DNA of 64,000 nt from Candidatus Hydrogenedens sp. (GTDB lineage Bacteria > Hydrogenedentota > Hydrogenedentia > Hydrogenedentales > JAEUWI01), in the NCBI GenBank assembly GCA_016125095.1, contig WGMK01000010.1, forward strand, positions 74,343 through 138,342, read 5' to 3'. Every line of letters begins with the position of its first letter. Position 1 is the stretch's first letter. This document shows positions 17,257-27,176 of the stretch, piece by piece. Position numbers and translations under genes: made by a program. Below the pieces are notes generated by a model. It ran no database searches. It saw only the letters and a list, made by a program, of their open reading frames with translations, and had not been told where the DNA came from.

Positions 17257-18003
17257 ATGCACAAGCTGATTTTACTGCGCCACGGCCAGAGCGCATGGAA
17301 CCTGGAGAACCGCTTTACCGGCTGGCACGACGTGGATCTGACCGATCAGGGACGCGCCGAGGCCGCCCAGGCCGGACGCGACCTGCGCGCCGAGGGCTTC
17401 GAGTTCGATCAGGTCTACACCAGCGTGCTCAAGCGCGCCATCCGCACCATGTGGATCGCCCTCGACGAGCTCGACCAGATGTGGCTGCCGGTCGTCCGCG
17501 ACTGGCATTTGAACGAGCGCCACTACGGCGCGCTGCAGGGACTGAACAAGGCCGAGACCGCCGAGAAGCACGGCGAAGACCAGGTAAAGATCTGGCGCCG
17601 TTCGTTCGACATTCCGCCGCCCGCGCTGGAGGAAAGCGACGAGCGCTACCCCGGACACGACCGCCGCTACGCGGGCCTGTCGAAGGATGAATTGCCGCTG
17701 ACCGAGAGCCTGAAGGACACCATCGCGCGCTTCGTTCCCTACTGGGAAAACGTGATCGCGCCCGATGTGAAAGCCGGCAAGCGCGTGCTTATCGTGGCGC
17801 ACGGCAACAGCCTGCGCGCCCTGGTCAAGCATCTCGACGGCATCAGCGACGAGGACATTATCGAGCTGAATATCCCCACCGGCATCCCGCTGCTGTACGA
17901 ACTCGATGAGAACCTGAAGCCGATCGCGAGCCGCTACCTCGGCGATCCCGAAGCAGCAAAAAAAGCCGCCGAGGCTGTCGCGAATCAGGCCAAGGCGAAG
18001 TAG
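17257..18003 (+). CDS. gpmA: 2,3-bisphosphoglycerate-dependent phosphoglycerate mutase
   Basis: [20 protein letters not shown] and RHYG motifs. 248 aa with the typical GpmA C-terminus. Confidence 0.9.
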   Translation: MHKLILLRHGQSAWNLENRFTGWHDVDLTDQGRAEAAQAGRDLRAEGFEFDQVYTSVLKRAIRTMWIALDELDQMWLPVVRDWHLNERHYGALQGLNKAETAEKHGEDQVKIWRRSFDIPPPALEESDERYPGHDRRYAGLSKDELPLTESLKDTIARFVPYWENVIAPDVKAGKRVLIVAHGNSLRALVKHLDGISDEDIIELNIPTGIPLLYELDENLKPIASRYLGDPEAAKKAAEAVANQAKAK

Positions 18004-18011
18004 GACAAAGC

Positions 18012-18899
18012 GTGCGAAAGAAGCTGCTGATAGGCATTCTGGCCGCCGCGCTGGTTGTGGTCGCGGTGCCGGGCGTCTATATCGCGCAGTTGCTCTGGCG
18101 GCACGATGTGTTCAAGACACCGACCTACGATCCGGCGCCGGTGGCCCTGCCCGATCTGGGGCCCGCGCCTCGGGTGCTGTTGTTTACCAAGACCAACGGC
18201 TACCGGCATATCGAGGGCATCCCGGCTTCGATTGCGATGTTCGAGGGTCTCGCGAAGGAACTCGGCTGGTCGCTCTACCACACCGAAGACGCGGGCGTAC
18301 ACACGCCGGAAAACCTCGCGCAGTTCGATCTGCTGGTCTGGAGCAACGTATCGGGCGATGTCTTGACCGAAGACCAGCGGGCCGCGTTCCGGGGCTATAT
18401 CGAGGGCGGGGGAGAGGTGCTGGGCATTCATGCCACCGGCGGCGATCCGAGCTACGTGTGGCCGTGGTATCCCCAGGAATTCATCCGCGCGCAGTTCCGC
18501 GGGCACCCGGGTTTCCCGCAGTTCCAGCAAGCCGACGTGGTGGTGGAAGACCGCGACCATCCGGCCATGAAGCACCTGGACGAGCGCTGGAAGTTCCGGG
18601 ACGAGTTGTATAGCTTCGTCGCCTCGCCCCGCGAACGCGTGCATGTGCTCGCCTCGCTCGACGAGTCCACCTATTCTCCGAATCTGGTGGGGCCCTTCGG
18701 TAGCCTGAGCATGGGAGACCACCCGATCATCTGGTGGCACGAACTGGGCGAAGGGACGGTGTTCTACTCCGCACTCGGACACCTGCCGGAAACGTACAGC
18801 AATCCCGAGTATCGCGAAGTACTCAAACAGGCCTGCCTGTGGCTGATGCAGCGGGGAGCGGCGAAGCCCGCCCCCGAAGAGGCGCCCGCCGCGAATTAA
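18012..18899 (+). CDS. ThuA-like (type-1 glutamine-amidotransferase-like fold) domain protein with an N-terminal membrane anchor
   Basis: GTG start. VLLFTKTNGYRHIEGIPAS, LLVWSNVSGDVLTEDQR and EVLGIHATGG are ThuA family features. Confidence 0.7.
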   Translation: MRKKLLIGILAAALVVVAVPGVYIAQLLWRHDVFKTPTYDPAPVALPDLGPAPRVLLFTKTNGYRHIEGIPASIAMFEGLAKELGWSLYHTEDAGVHTPENLAQFDLLVWSNVSGDVLTEDQRAAFRGYIEGGGEVLGIHATGGDPSYVWPWYPQEFIRAQFRGHPGFPQFQQADVVVEDRDHPAMKHLDERWKFRDELYSFVASPRERVHVLASLDESTYSPNLVGPFGSLSMGDHPIIWWHELGEGTVFYSALGHLPETYSNPEYREVLKQACLWLMQRGAAKPAPEEAPAAN

Positions 18900-20254
18900 T
18901 TCCCGAGGCCGATCAGGCTCTTGAGAATGCCGGGCTTCACGCTGTCGAGCGGCACCGAGTGTTCCTTGAGGTGCTCCCAAGTGAAAATGCCCGAGCTGTG
19001 TCCGTCGCTCCAGGTGATCGCCAGCGCGTAATTGCCCAGCGGCTGCACCTGTTCGGCGTGGATATCCGCAGGAATCGACGCGTCGTCCAGCGTCTTCACG
19101 CCCGTGTATTCGTTCACGCACAGCGCGCACTGGCACGAGGCACGGAGGGCTCGGTTCTCGGCGCGGCGGCGGGTGCCGTCCGGCCAGGTGATGATGATCG
19201 CCGAGTGCGAGGTCTCCACCTTCGGCAGGGCCTCTGCGTCCAGCCGGCGCATACCTACCGCGCGGTGCAATCCGTCGGCCAGCGCGGCGAATTCAGGGAT
19301 GTTCTCGCCCGAATTCCTCCGGGCGGCCGTCGGCAGGCCCTGCAGAATCGGCAGCTCGGCCAGGGTCTCGACGCCGAAGCGTTCGCGCAGGGTGCCCGCG
19401 TGCTGTCCGAAGGGATAGTGGCGCTTCGAGCAGCCGTCGCATTCGAACCAGGCGAGGTTCTCGACCACGCCGAGCACCGGCACGTTGACCGATTCGAACA
19501 TGAGGATGCCGCGGGCCACGTCGACCAGCGACAACTGATGCGGCGTCGTGACGATGATGGCGCCGTCCAGCGCCGCCTGCTGCACCAGGGTCAGCTGGAT
19601 ATCGCCCGTGCCGGGCGGCATGTCGATGATGAGGTAGTCCAGCACGCCCCAGTCGGTCTGCTTGAGGATCTGCATCGTGTAGTTCGACACCATCGGCCCG
19701 CGCATCACGGCGGGCTTGTCACCCATCATGTAGCCCAGCGACATGGTCAGCAGGCCATCCACGGCGACCGGCTGAATGAGCTGCTGGCGCATGAGCACCT
19801 CGGGCTGGCGGGTCTCCATCAGCGTGGGCAGCGAGGGACCATAAATGTCCACGTCGAGCAGGCCGACCTTGTGTCCCTCGCGCTGAATGGCGCGCGCCAG
19901 GTGCGCCGCCACCGTCGATTTGCCCACGCCTCCCTTGCAGCTGGACACGGCAATCACGTTGGCGACGCCCTTGAGCGTATCGATGGACGGCCCCTGCGGC
20001 CGTTGCTTCGCTTGCATCGCCGTCATCGTCACCTCAACGCTGCTCACGCCCGGCAGCGCCTTGACGGCGGCCTCGGCGCTGCTGCGGAATTGTTCTTTCA
20101 CCGGACAGGCGGGCGTGGTCAGTTCGATCGTAAACTTTACCGTACCGCCCTCGATCACCAGATTCTTCACGAAGCCCAATGACACGATGTCTTTGCCGAA
20201 GTCGGGGTCGATGATTTGGCTCAGTGCGGCCAATACATCCGTCTTTTCCGCCAT
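18896..20254 (-). CDS. apbC: Fe-S cluster carrier ATPase Mrp/ApbC (NBP35 family) with an N-terminal DUF59-like region and a C-terminal DUF971-like extension
   Basis: Start taken as the internal Met (MAEKTDVLAALSQIIDPDFGKDIV) in the ORF-track frame. Walker A CKGGVGKST, the CxxC pair ECDGCSKR, and a C-terminal DUF971-like stretch of about 100 aa (WPDG...CQCALC...WSDGH). Its stop overlaps the ThuA stop on the opposite strand. Confidence 0.8.
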   Translation of the reverse strand: MAEKTDVLAALSQIIDPDFGKDIVSLGFVKNLVIEGGTVKFTIELTTPACPVKEQFRSSAEAAVKALPGVSSVEVTMTAMQAKQRPQGPSIDTLKGVANVIAVSSCKGGVGKSTVAAHLARAIQREGHKVGLLDVDIYGPSLPTLMETRQPEVLMRQQLIQPVAVDGLLTMSLGYMMGDKPAVMRGPMVSNYTMQILKQTDWGVLDYLIIDMPPGTGDIQLTLVQQAALDGAIIVTTPHQLSLVDVARGILMFESVNVPVLGVVENLAWFECDGCSKRHYPFGQHAGTLRERFGVETLAELPILQGLPTAARRNSGENIPEFAALADGLHRAVGMRRLDAEALPKVETSHSAIIITWPDGTRRRAENRALRASCQCALCVNEYTGVKTLDDASIPADIHAEQVQPLGNYALAITWSDGHSSGIFTWEHLKEHSVPLDSVKPGILKSLIGLGN

Positions 20255-20334
20255 GAGATTCTCCCTGCCTTGTGCGCGTGGTGAGGATAACACGCCGCGG
20301 ACCTGCGAATATGCCTTGGCCGGTATTGCCGGGC

Positions 20335-23300
20335 TCAGGCGGAGGGCGTGTCGGCGTCGGCGCGGCCCCGGTTCAAGATGCCCCCGAAGAAATTGAAGCA
20401 CCAGCGCTGGAAATCGTCGAGGAAGGTGTAGAACACCGGCACGATGACCAGCGTGAGCACGGTGCCCACGGTCAGGCCGCCGATCAACGCGCGGCCCAGC
20501 CCCGCGAAGGTGGCCGCGCCGCCCGTCGTCGCGAGCGCCAGCGGCACCAGGCCGAGAATGGTGGTGATAGCGGTCATCATCACGGGGCGGAAGCGGTTAC
20601 AGCCCGCCTCGATGATCGCGGGATTGCGTGTGCCGGTCTCGCGCCGCACCTGGTTGATGTGGTCGATAATCACAATGCCGTTGTTCACGATGATGCCGGC
20701 CATGAGAATGCAGCCGATAAGCGTCACGCTGTCGAATTGCGTGTTCGTGAAATACAGCGCCCATACCGCGCCCGCCAGCGCGATCGGCACAGTCGTCAAG
20801 ATGGACAATGGGAAGAAGTACGACTCGAAGAGCGCGGCCATCACGAGGTAGATGAGGATGACCGCCATCAGCATGGTCGAGAGGAAGCTGAACGCATTCT
20901 CGTCCAGTTCCATCAGCGAATCGCCGAGGTCGATGCCATAGCCTACCGGCAGGTCGAAGGACTTCGCCGCCACCTCCAGGTCGCGCTTGATCTGGCCCAT
21001 GTCGTCGGACTCTGCGCGCGCCGTGATGTTGACGATGTTCTTGCCGTCCACGCGCTGTATGGTCGCGGCGGCCGGGGCCTTGCCGTATTCCACCAGCTGG
21101 TTCACGGGCACCAGTTCCCCCGTGGCCGAGAGCACCTTCACATTGTCGAGGTTGGCCTTCGATTCGCGGTCTTCTTCGCGGAACTGCGCCCACACGGGAA
21201 TCTCGCGTCCGCCCTGCTTCAGGAAGGGCAGGCGCGAGCCGCGCAGCGCGGACTGCACCGTCATCGCCAGCGCTTCGGGATTCACGCCGCGGCCTTCGGC
21301 CAGCGCCCCGTCGATATGCAGCTGTATCTCCGTCTGGTCCTTTTCCGTGTCGAGCTCGACGCCGTTGATGTTCTCGATATTGCTGAGTACCGTCTTGAAC
21401 CGGTTGGCGTAGTCCTCGAGCATCGCCGTGTCGTCGCCCCGCATGCGCAGCGACACCGCCGATTCATTGCCCGACTCGCTCGTGTCCGTCAACTCGAAGT
21501 TCAGCGTCGCGCCCGGCACCAGGTTGGGCAGCCGCTGCGCCAGAATCTTCATCACGTCCTCGGTCACGAACGGCGGATTGGCGCCATAGGGGTGGGGATC
21601 TTCCGGCGCGTAGAGATAGATATCGATGACACCGCCGCCGAGTTCGTAGAACGTCAGGATGCTCTTGATGCCAAGTTCGTCTCGCCAGTTATCGAGGTTC
21701 TCCTCGACCGTGCCGAACAAGTCCTGGGCCATCGCCATGTCGTAGTTCTGTTCGAGCGCCACGTCGACTTTGATTTCGCGCGTGTCCAGCTTGGGCAATT
21801 CCCGCATGCCCACGCTCTGGAAAGGGATGTAGTAGGTGATGGCGCCGAAGGCGGCCAAGGCGCACATCGTCGCAAGGCGGTTGTGCAGCGACCAGTCGAG
21901 CAGTTTGCCGTAGCCCTGCACCACCCACTCCACCGGCTGGAACCAGGAAGACGCGGACTTGCCTTGGGCGGCGGCCTTTTCGCCGCGGCTGCCCGCCATG
22001 CGCGCCAGCAGGCGCTGGAACAGGTTCTCCTTCGAGGAGGCCATGCGGCTCATCGCAAGCGGCACAAGGGTCAGGGCGATGACCAGGCTGCCGCCCAGCG
22101 CGACGATAAGCGGCAGGCCGAGCTGTTCCATGAACACCGACATCTGCCCGGTTTCCATGTAGAACATGGGCACGAACACCACCCAGGTGGTGGCGGTGGC
22201 GGCAAAGATAGCCAGGCCCACTTCGGCCGCGCCGTTGATGGCGCTCCGTTTGGCGGTTTCGCCCAGTTCCCGGTGCCGGATGATGTTCTCCACGACGACG
22301 ATGGCGTTGTCGACGAGCATGCCTACGGCGATGATCATCGACACCATGGTCACCAGATTCAGGCTCATGTCCATGAAGAACATGAACACGAAGGCGACCA
22401 GCAGCGAGGTGGGGATGGACAGCGCCACGATGATGGTGGGGCGGAAGCGGTGGAGGAAGAAGAACAGCACGCCCAGCGCCATGACGCCGCCGTACACGCC
22501 CTGCTTGAAGAGGTTGTTCAGCGCCGAGAGAATCAGTTCGGACTGGTCGAAAAAGATGCGCAACTGCACATCCTTGAACATCTGCGTGCCGAGCAGCCGG
22601 TTGATTTCCTTGTTCACACGGCGGCACACGTCCACCGTGTTGGCCTCCGATTCCTTGACGATGAGCAGTACCGCGCCGCCCTTGCCGTCCAGCGCCACAT
22701 GCGCCTGCGGGTCGCGGTCGCTGTAGGTCACGTCTGCGATCTCTTTCAACCGAAGCCCATTCGGCGACACGATCAGGTTTTGGATGTCCTCGATGCGCCG
22801 GTATTCGCCCACGGATCGGACGTAGTATTTGGTGTCCTCGTCCTGAATCTGACCGAGACTCAGGTTCATGCTGCTTTCGCCGATCGCCGTGATGACCTGC
22901 CCTAGGGCGAGGTTTTGGCTCTCCAGCCGGTCCTGGTCGAACTCGATCAGGATTTCGTTTTCCTGGATAGGCGTAATGATTTCGATATTGGCCACACCCT
23001 CGAGCCGTCGCAGCTGCGGCTCGATGAACGTACGCACCTCGTGGATGAACTGCTCCTCGTCGCCGCTGCGGAACACGCCGAGCGCCACTACGGGTATCGA
23101 GCGCGAACTGAACCGCTGCAGCAGCATCTTGTCCGCCTCGGCAGGCAGTTTCAGTTTCAGGCGCTCCATGCGGTCGCGCACCTCGGCCGACACCTGCGTG
23201 ATGTTCGTGTCGAGCGAGAACTGCAAGCTCGCGAAACAGCCGTCGGCATCGGAGATGGTGCGGATACGGCGCAGCCCTGGTATGGTGCGCATCTCGCCCT

Positions 23301-23508
23301 CGAGCGGAATCGCGATTTGCTGTTCCACCTGTTGCGGCGAGGCGTTGGGGTAGGGCACCGAGACGCCGATGAAGGGGCGGTCCACATCCGGCAGGAACTT
23401 CAGCGGCATGCGGTACCAGGCAATGCCGCCCAGCGCCAGCATGCTGATGGACAGCATCACCACGGTGACCGGCTTGCGGAGGGCGAATTCAGGGAGCGAG
23501 AACTTCAC
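20335..23508 (-). CDS. Efflux RND transporter permease subunit (HAE1/MdtC-like), second permease of the operon
   Basis: GTG start at 23508 forms a GTGA overlap with the upstream gene's stop, giving MKFSLPEFALRKPVTVV... About 1057 aa with 12 TM helices and two large periplasmic loops. Confidence 0.85.
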   Translation of the reverse strand: MKFSLPEFALRKPVTVVMLSISMLALGGIAWYRMPLKFLPDVDRPFIGVSVPYPNASPQQVEQQIAIPLEGEMRTIPGLRRIRTISDADGCFASLQFSLDTNITQVSAEVRDRMERLKLKLPAEADKMLLQRFSSRSIPVVALGVFRSGDEEQFIHEVRTFIEPQLRRLEGVANIEIITPIQENEILIEFDQDRLESQNLALGQVITAIGESSMNLSLGQIQDEDTKYYVRSVGEYRRIEDIQNLIVSPNGLRLKEIADVTYSDRDPQAHVALDGKGGAVLLIVKESEANTVDVCRRVNKEINRLLGTQMFKDVQLRIFFDQSELILSALNNLFKQGVYGGVMALGVLFFFLHRFRPTIIVALSIPTSLLVAFVFMFFMDMSLNLVTMVSMIIAVGMLVDNAIVVVENIIRHRELGETAKRSAINGAAEVGLAIFAATATTWVVFVPMFYMETGQMSVFMEQLGLPLIVALGGSLVIALTLVPLAMSRMASSKENLFQRLLARMAGSRGEKAAAQGKSASSWFQPVEWVVQGYGKLLDWSLHNRLATMCALAAFGAITYYIPFQSVGMRELPKLDTREIKVDVALEQNYDMAMAQDLFGTVEENLDNWRDELGIKSILTFYELGGGVIDIYLYAPEDPHPYGANPPFVTEDVMKILAQRLPNLVPGATLNFELTDTSESGNESAVSLRMRGDDTAMLEDYANRFKTVLSNIENINGVELDTEKDQTEIQLHIDGALAEGRGVNPEALAMTVQSALRGSRLPFLKQGGREIPVWAQFREEDRESKANLDNVKVLSATGELVPVNQLVEYGKAPAAATIQRVDGKNIVNITARAESDDMGQIKRDLEVAAKSFDLPVGYGIDLGDSLMELDENAFSFLSTMLMAVILIYLVMAALFESYFFPLSILTTVPIALAGAVWALYFTNTQFDSVTLIGCILMAGIIVNNGIVIIDHINQVRRETGTRNPAIIEAGCNRFRPVMMTAITTILGLVPLALATTGGAATFAGLGRALIGGLTVGTVLTLVIVPVFYTFLDDFQRWCFNFFGGILNRGRADADTPSA

Positions 23509-26500
23509 TCGGTTACTTCCGACTCGCCCCACTTCCCGAACAGATAATAGGCCATCGGAATCACGAGCAGGGTAAGAATGGTGGCGCAGGAGAGGCCCGA
23601 CATGACCGTGATGGCCATGGGATAGCGCAGTTCAGAACCGTCGCCGGTGCTTTCCAGCATGGGCAGCAGGCCCAGCACCGTGGTCACGGTGGTCATGATG
23701 ATGGGCCGAAGGCGCGCCTGGCCGGCCTCGACCACCGCGCGTTCCATGTCGTAGCCGCGGCGGCGCAGCTGGTTGATGTAGTCGACCAGCACGATCGCGT
23801 TGTTCACCACGATACCCGCCAGCACGATGCCGCCGAGGAAGACCATGATACTGACGTCGGTGTGCGTGTACTCGAGCGCGTAAATCACGCCCACGAAGGC
23901 GAGCGGCACGGAGAACATCACCAGCACCGGGTGCCAGACAGACTCGAACTGGCAGGCCATGACGACGTACACGAGGAAGATCGCCAGCGCGAGCGCGAAC
24001 TGCAGGCTCGCGTACGAGGTCTCCAGTTCGCGGAACTGGCCGCCGGGCAGGAAGTAGTAGTCCTTGGGACGCGGCACGGTTTCAACCGCCGCGAGGATTT
24101 CATTGGACACGGCCCCCAGGTCGCGGCCCGACACGTTGGCCGTAATCAACACCACCTGGCGCTGGTCGATGCGGCGGATTTCGCTGGGCCCTTCCTGCAC
24201 GATGATGCTCGCCACGGCTTCCAGCGGAATCGGGCTGGCGCCCGTGCTGACCGACATCTTCTTCAGGTCTTCCACGCTCTGCAGGAACCGTTGGTCGGTG
24301 CGCACGCGGATCGGAATTTTTTCGCCGTAGCTGCTGAACTGGGTGGGCACGTCGCCCTGTACCTCGGCGCGGAGGCGCTGGGCCACCTGGCCGGAGGTGA
24401 TACCCTTCGCGGCAAGCAGCTCGCGGTCGAGCTCGATGACGACTTCCGGATAGCCGGGCTTCACGCTCAGCTCGGCGTCCTCGACGCCGGGAATCTTCTG
24501 CACCTCGGCCAGCGCCAGACCGCCCACGTCGCGGAGGATATTCAGATCCTCGCCGACCAGCTGCAGCTCGATGGCGGTCTTGAAGCTGAACATGGAAGGC
24601 AGCGTAAAGCTGATTTCCGAGGTGGCGAACTGAATGATCTTCTCGCGCAGTTCGTCGATGATCGTGCCCTGCCGTTCCGCGTTTTCTTCCGGGTTCTTCA
24701 GCAGCACGGTAAACTGCGCGATGTTCTCGCCGCGGTCCTCGCTCGAGCTGGTGTCTTCCTGGCCGATCTCCACGGTCACGGTGTCGATGTCGTCGCGTTG
24801 CAGCACGAGCGATTCGATACGCGAGGCGCGCTCCTCGGTCTCTTCCAGGCGCGTGCCGGGACGCGCTTCCATGCGGATGCCGAACTCGCCCTGCTGCATG
24901 GGCGGAATCAACTCGGAGCCCAGTTCGGTCGCGGTATAGAAGGCGTGCGCGGAAATCGCCGTCATCGCCAGCAGGATAATCGGACTGAAGCGCAGCGAAT
25001 GCGTAAGCAGTATCCGGTAGCCTTCGCGGAATCCCTCGAAAAAGAAATCGAAGATGCGCAGCGGCAGCCACAGGATAACCCAGAAAACCTTGCCCGCGAC
25101 GAACCACGCCAAGCCGAGCAGGGCGACAATCACGAACAGCGCCGTGACGAAGATCGCCTGCGCCAGCTTGAGAACGAGCTGCAGCAGGTAGACCGGCAGC
25201 AGCAGCGGCAGCGAGACGATTCCGAACAACCCGCCAACCACCCCGCCCACGGAGCGCGAGGCAACCATGCCGCGCGCTGCGCGCAGGCTGGGACCAAAGG
25301 TGTCGCCGCTGGATTCGCGCAGGTAGTCCCACACGTAGCGCAGGGCATTTGCCGGAGCCGCCAGAACCGCGCCCGCCATACCCATGCCCTTTTCGTCGCG
25401 GTTCTCGCGATAGGCGCGCAGCATCCAGATGACCTGCCGGTCGGCGTGCACGGCCACGCTCCGGCGCGACACGACCAGCGGAATCAGGTAGAGCGCGGTG
25501 AGCAGCGAGGCCAGCAGAGAGAAGGTTACAGTGAGTGCCAGGTCGCCGAAAATCTGGCCGGCGATACCCTCGACGAAAGCAATGGGGAAGAATACGGCCA
25601 CCGTGGTCAGGGTCGATGCGGTAACGGCGCTGGCCACTTCGCTCGTGCCGCGCTCGGCCGCGTCCAGCACGCCGTCGCCTTCCTCGCGGCAGCGGAATAC
25701 ACTCTCGAGCACCACGATGGAGTTGTCCACCAGCATGCCGACGCCCAGCGCGAGGCCGCCGAGCGACATGATGTTCAGCGAGATCACATCGCCGAAGATG
25801 CCGCCCATGTACATGGGAACAAAGGTCGCGATGACGGAAATCGGAATCGCGACGCCGATGATCATCGTGGACTTGAGTTCCTTCAGGAACAGGAAGAGCA
25901 CGATAAGCGCGAGCAGGCCGCCCATCAGCGTGGCGTTCTGCACTTCATCGATGGCACCCACAATAAAGCGGGATTGGTCGCTGATCAGCGTCTGGTGAAT
26001 CCCCGGGGGAAGCCGGTCGAGCAGGTTGTCGGGCTTGGTATCCACGGGTGCGTCGGAAGCTGCGCCGGTGTTTCCTCCGTCCGCCTGCTTCTGCTTCATC
26101 CGAGCCATGATCTGCTGCTGAAGTTTTTCCACGGGGCCGAGTTCGCGCTCGAAGCCCAGTAGTTCCTTCACCTCCGAGCAGACCTCGACCGTGTTGGCGT
26201 CGCCCTCTTTGTAGATGTCCAGCGCCACCGCCTCGCGGCCATTGATGCGCACGACGGACTCGCGTTCCTTGGTGCCCATGAACACGTCGGCCACGTCGCG
26301 CAGGCGGAATTGCGCTCCGGCCGGCGTCGAGATGATGCTGTCGCCGATCTCGTCGACCGACTGGAATTCGTTGAGCGTGCGCACGAGGTACTCGGTGCGG
26401 CCTTCCTGCAGGCGGCCGCCGGAAAGATTGATGTTCTGCTGCGCCAGGCTCTGCGAAAGGTTCTCCAGCGTGAGGCCCAAGTTCTTGATCTTCTGGGCGT

Positions 26501-27149
26501 CGACGAGGATCTGGATTTCTTCTTCCTGACCACCCTTGAGCTGTACCTGTGCGATGCCGTTTTTGGCCTCGAGATCGCTCTTGAGGTGGCGTTCCGCAGC
26601 GTCGCGGATGGCAGTGAGCTGCACGCGCTCCAGCTTCATGATTTCTGCCGGTGTCGCTGCGCCGTCGGAATTGTCGATAGGCGGCGCGGTGATGGCCACG
26701 CGGATGACCGGATCGAGCGTGGGGTCGTAGCGCAGAATCACCGGTTTCTCGGTCACGCCCTCGGGCGCGCTGAACAGGTCGATGCGGTCGCGCACGTCCT
26801 GCTGCGCCACGTTCATATCCGTGGACCAGGTGAACTCGAGCACGATTTCAGACAGGCCGGGCGAGGAAATGCTGCTGATCTGCACCATGCCGCTTACGAT
26901 GGAGAGAAACTCTTCCAGCGGCCGGGTGACCAGTTTCTCCACGTCTTCCGGGGCCGCCCCTTCGTATTCGGTGCGCACCGTGAGCGTGGGGTAGGAGATA
27001 TCCGGCATCAGGTTGACTGGCAGCTGCTGATAGGAGCGCCAGCCGAACACGATGATGGTCAGGAAAAGCATCGCCATCGTGACCGGCCGCCGGATGGCGA
27101 GACGGTAACGCTGCGGATCGAGTTGTTCGGGGGCCGAAGGTTCGCTCAT
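23505..27149 (-). CDS. Efflux RND transporter permease subunit (MdtB-like) carrying an extra insertion of roughly 170 aa in its mid region
   Basis: ATG at 27149. 1214 aa with RND features throughout. The inserted hydrophobic and charged segment (..HADRQVIWMLRAYRENRDEKGMGMAGAV...LPLRIFDFFFEGFREGYRILL..) lies between the two pseudo-repeats. Confidence 0.85.
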   Translation of the reverse strand: MSEPSAPEQLDPQRYRLAIRRPVTMAMLFLTIIVFGWRSYQQLPVNLMPDISYPTLTVRTEYEGAAPEDVEKLVTRPLEEFLSIVSGMVQISSISSPGLSEIVLEFTWSTDMNVAQQDVRDRIDLFSAPEGVTEKPVILRYDPTLDPVIRVAITAPPIDNSDGAATPAEIMKLERVQLTAIRDAAERHLKSDLEAKNGIAQVQLKGGQEEEIQILVDAQKIKNLGLTLENLSQSLAQQNINLSGGRLQEGRTEYLVRTLNEFQSVDEIGDSIISTPAGAQFRLRDVADVFMGTKERESVVRINGREAVALDIYKEGDANTVEVCSEVKELLGFERELGPVEKLQQQIMARMKQKQADGGNTGAASDAPVDTKPDNLLDRLPPGIHQTLISDQSRFIVGAIDEVQNATLMGGLLALIVLFLFLKELKSTMIIGVAIPISVIATFVPMYMGGIFGDVISLNIMSLGGLALGVGMLVDNSIVVLESVFRCREEGDGVLDAAERGTSEVASAVTASTLTTVAVFFPIAFVEGIAGQIFGDLALTVTFSLLASLLTALYLIPLVVSRRSVAVHADRQVIWMLRAYRENRDEKGMGMAGAVLAAPANALRYVWDYLRESSGDTFGPSLRAARGMVASRSVGGVVGGLFGIVSLPLLLPVYLLQLVLKLAQAIFVTALFVIVALLGLAWFVAGKVFWVILWLPLRIFDFFFEGFREGYRILLTHSLRFSPIILLAMTAISAHAFYTATELGSELIPPMQQGEFGIRMEARPGTRLEETEERASRIESLVLQRDDIDTVTVEIGQEDTSSSEDRGENIAQFTVLLKNPEENAERQGTIIDELREKIIQFATSEISFTLPSMFSFKTAIELQLVGEDLNILRDVGGLALAEVQKIPGVEDAELSVKPGYPEVVIELDRELLAAKGITSGQVAQRLRAEVQGDVPTQFSSYGEKIPIRVRTDQRFLQSVEDLKKMSVSTGASPIPLEAVASIIVQEGPSEIRRIDQRQVVLITANVSGRDLGAVSNEILAAVETVPRPKDYYFLPGGQFRELETSYASLQFALALAIFLVYVVMACQFESVWHPVLVMFSVPLAFVGVIYALEYTHTDVSIMVFLGGIVLAGIVVNNAIVLVDYINQLRRRGYDMERAVVEAGQARLRPIIMTTVTTVLGLLPMLESTGDGSELRYPMAITVMSGLSCATILTLLVIPMAYYLFGKWGESEVTE

Positions 27150-27176
27150 GAGTTTACTCGCCGCATGCCGGGCCGC

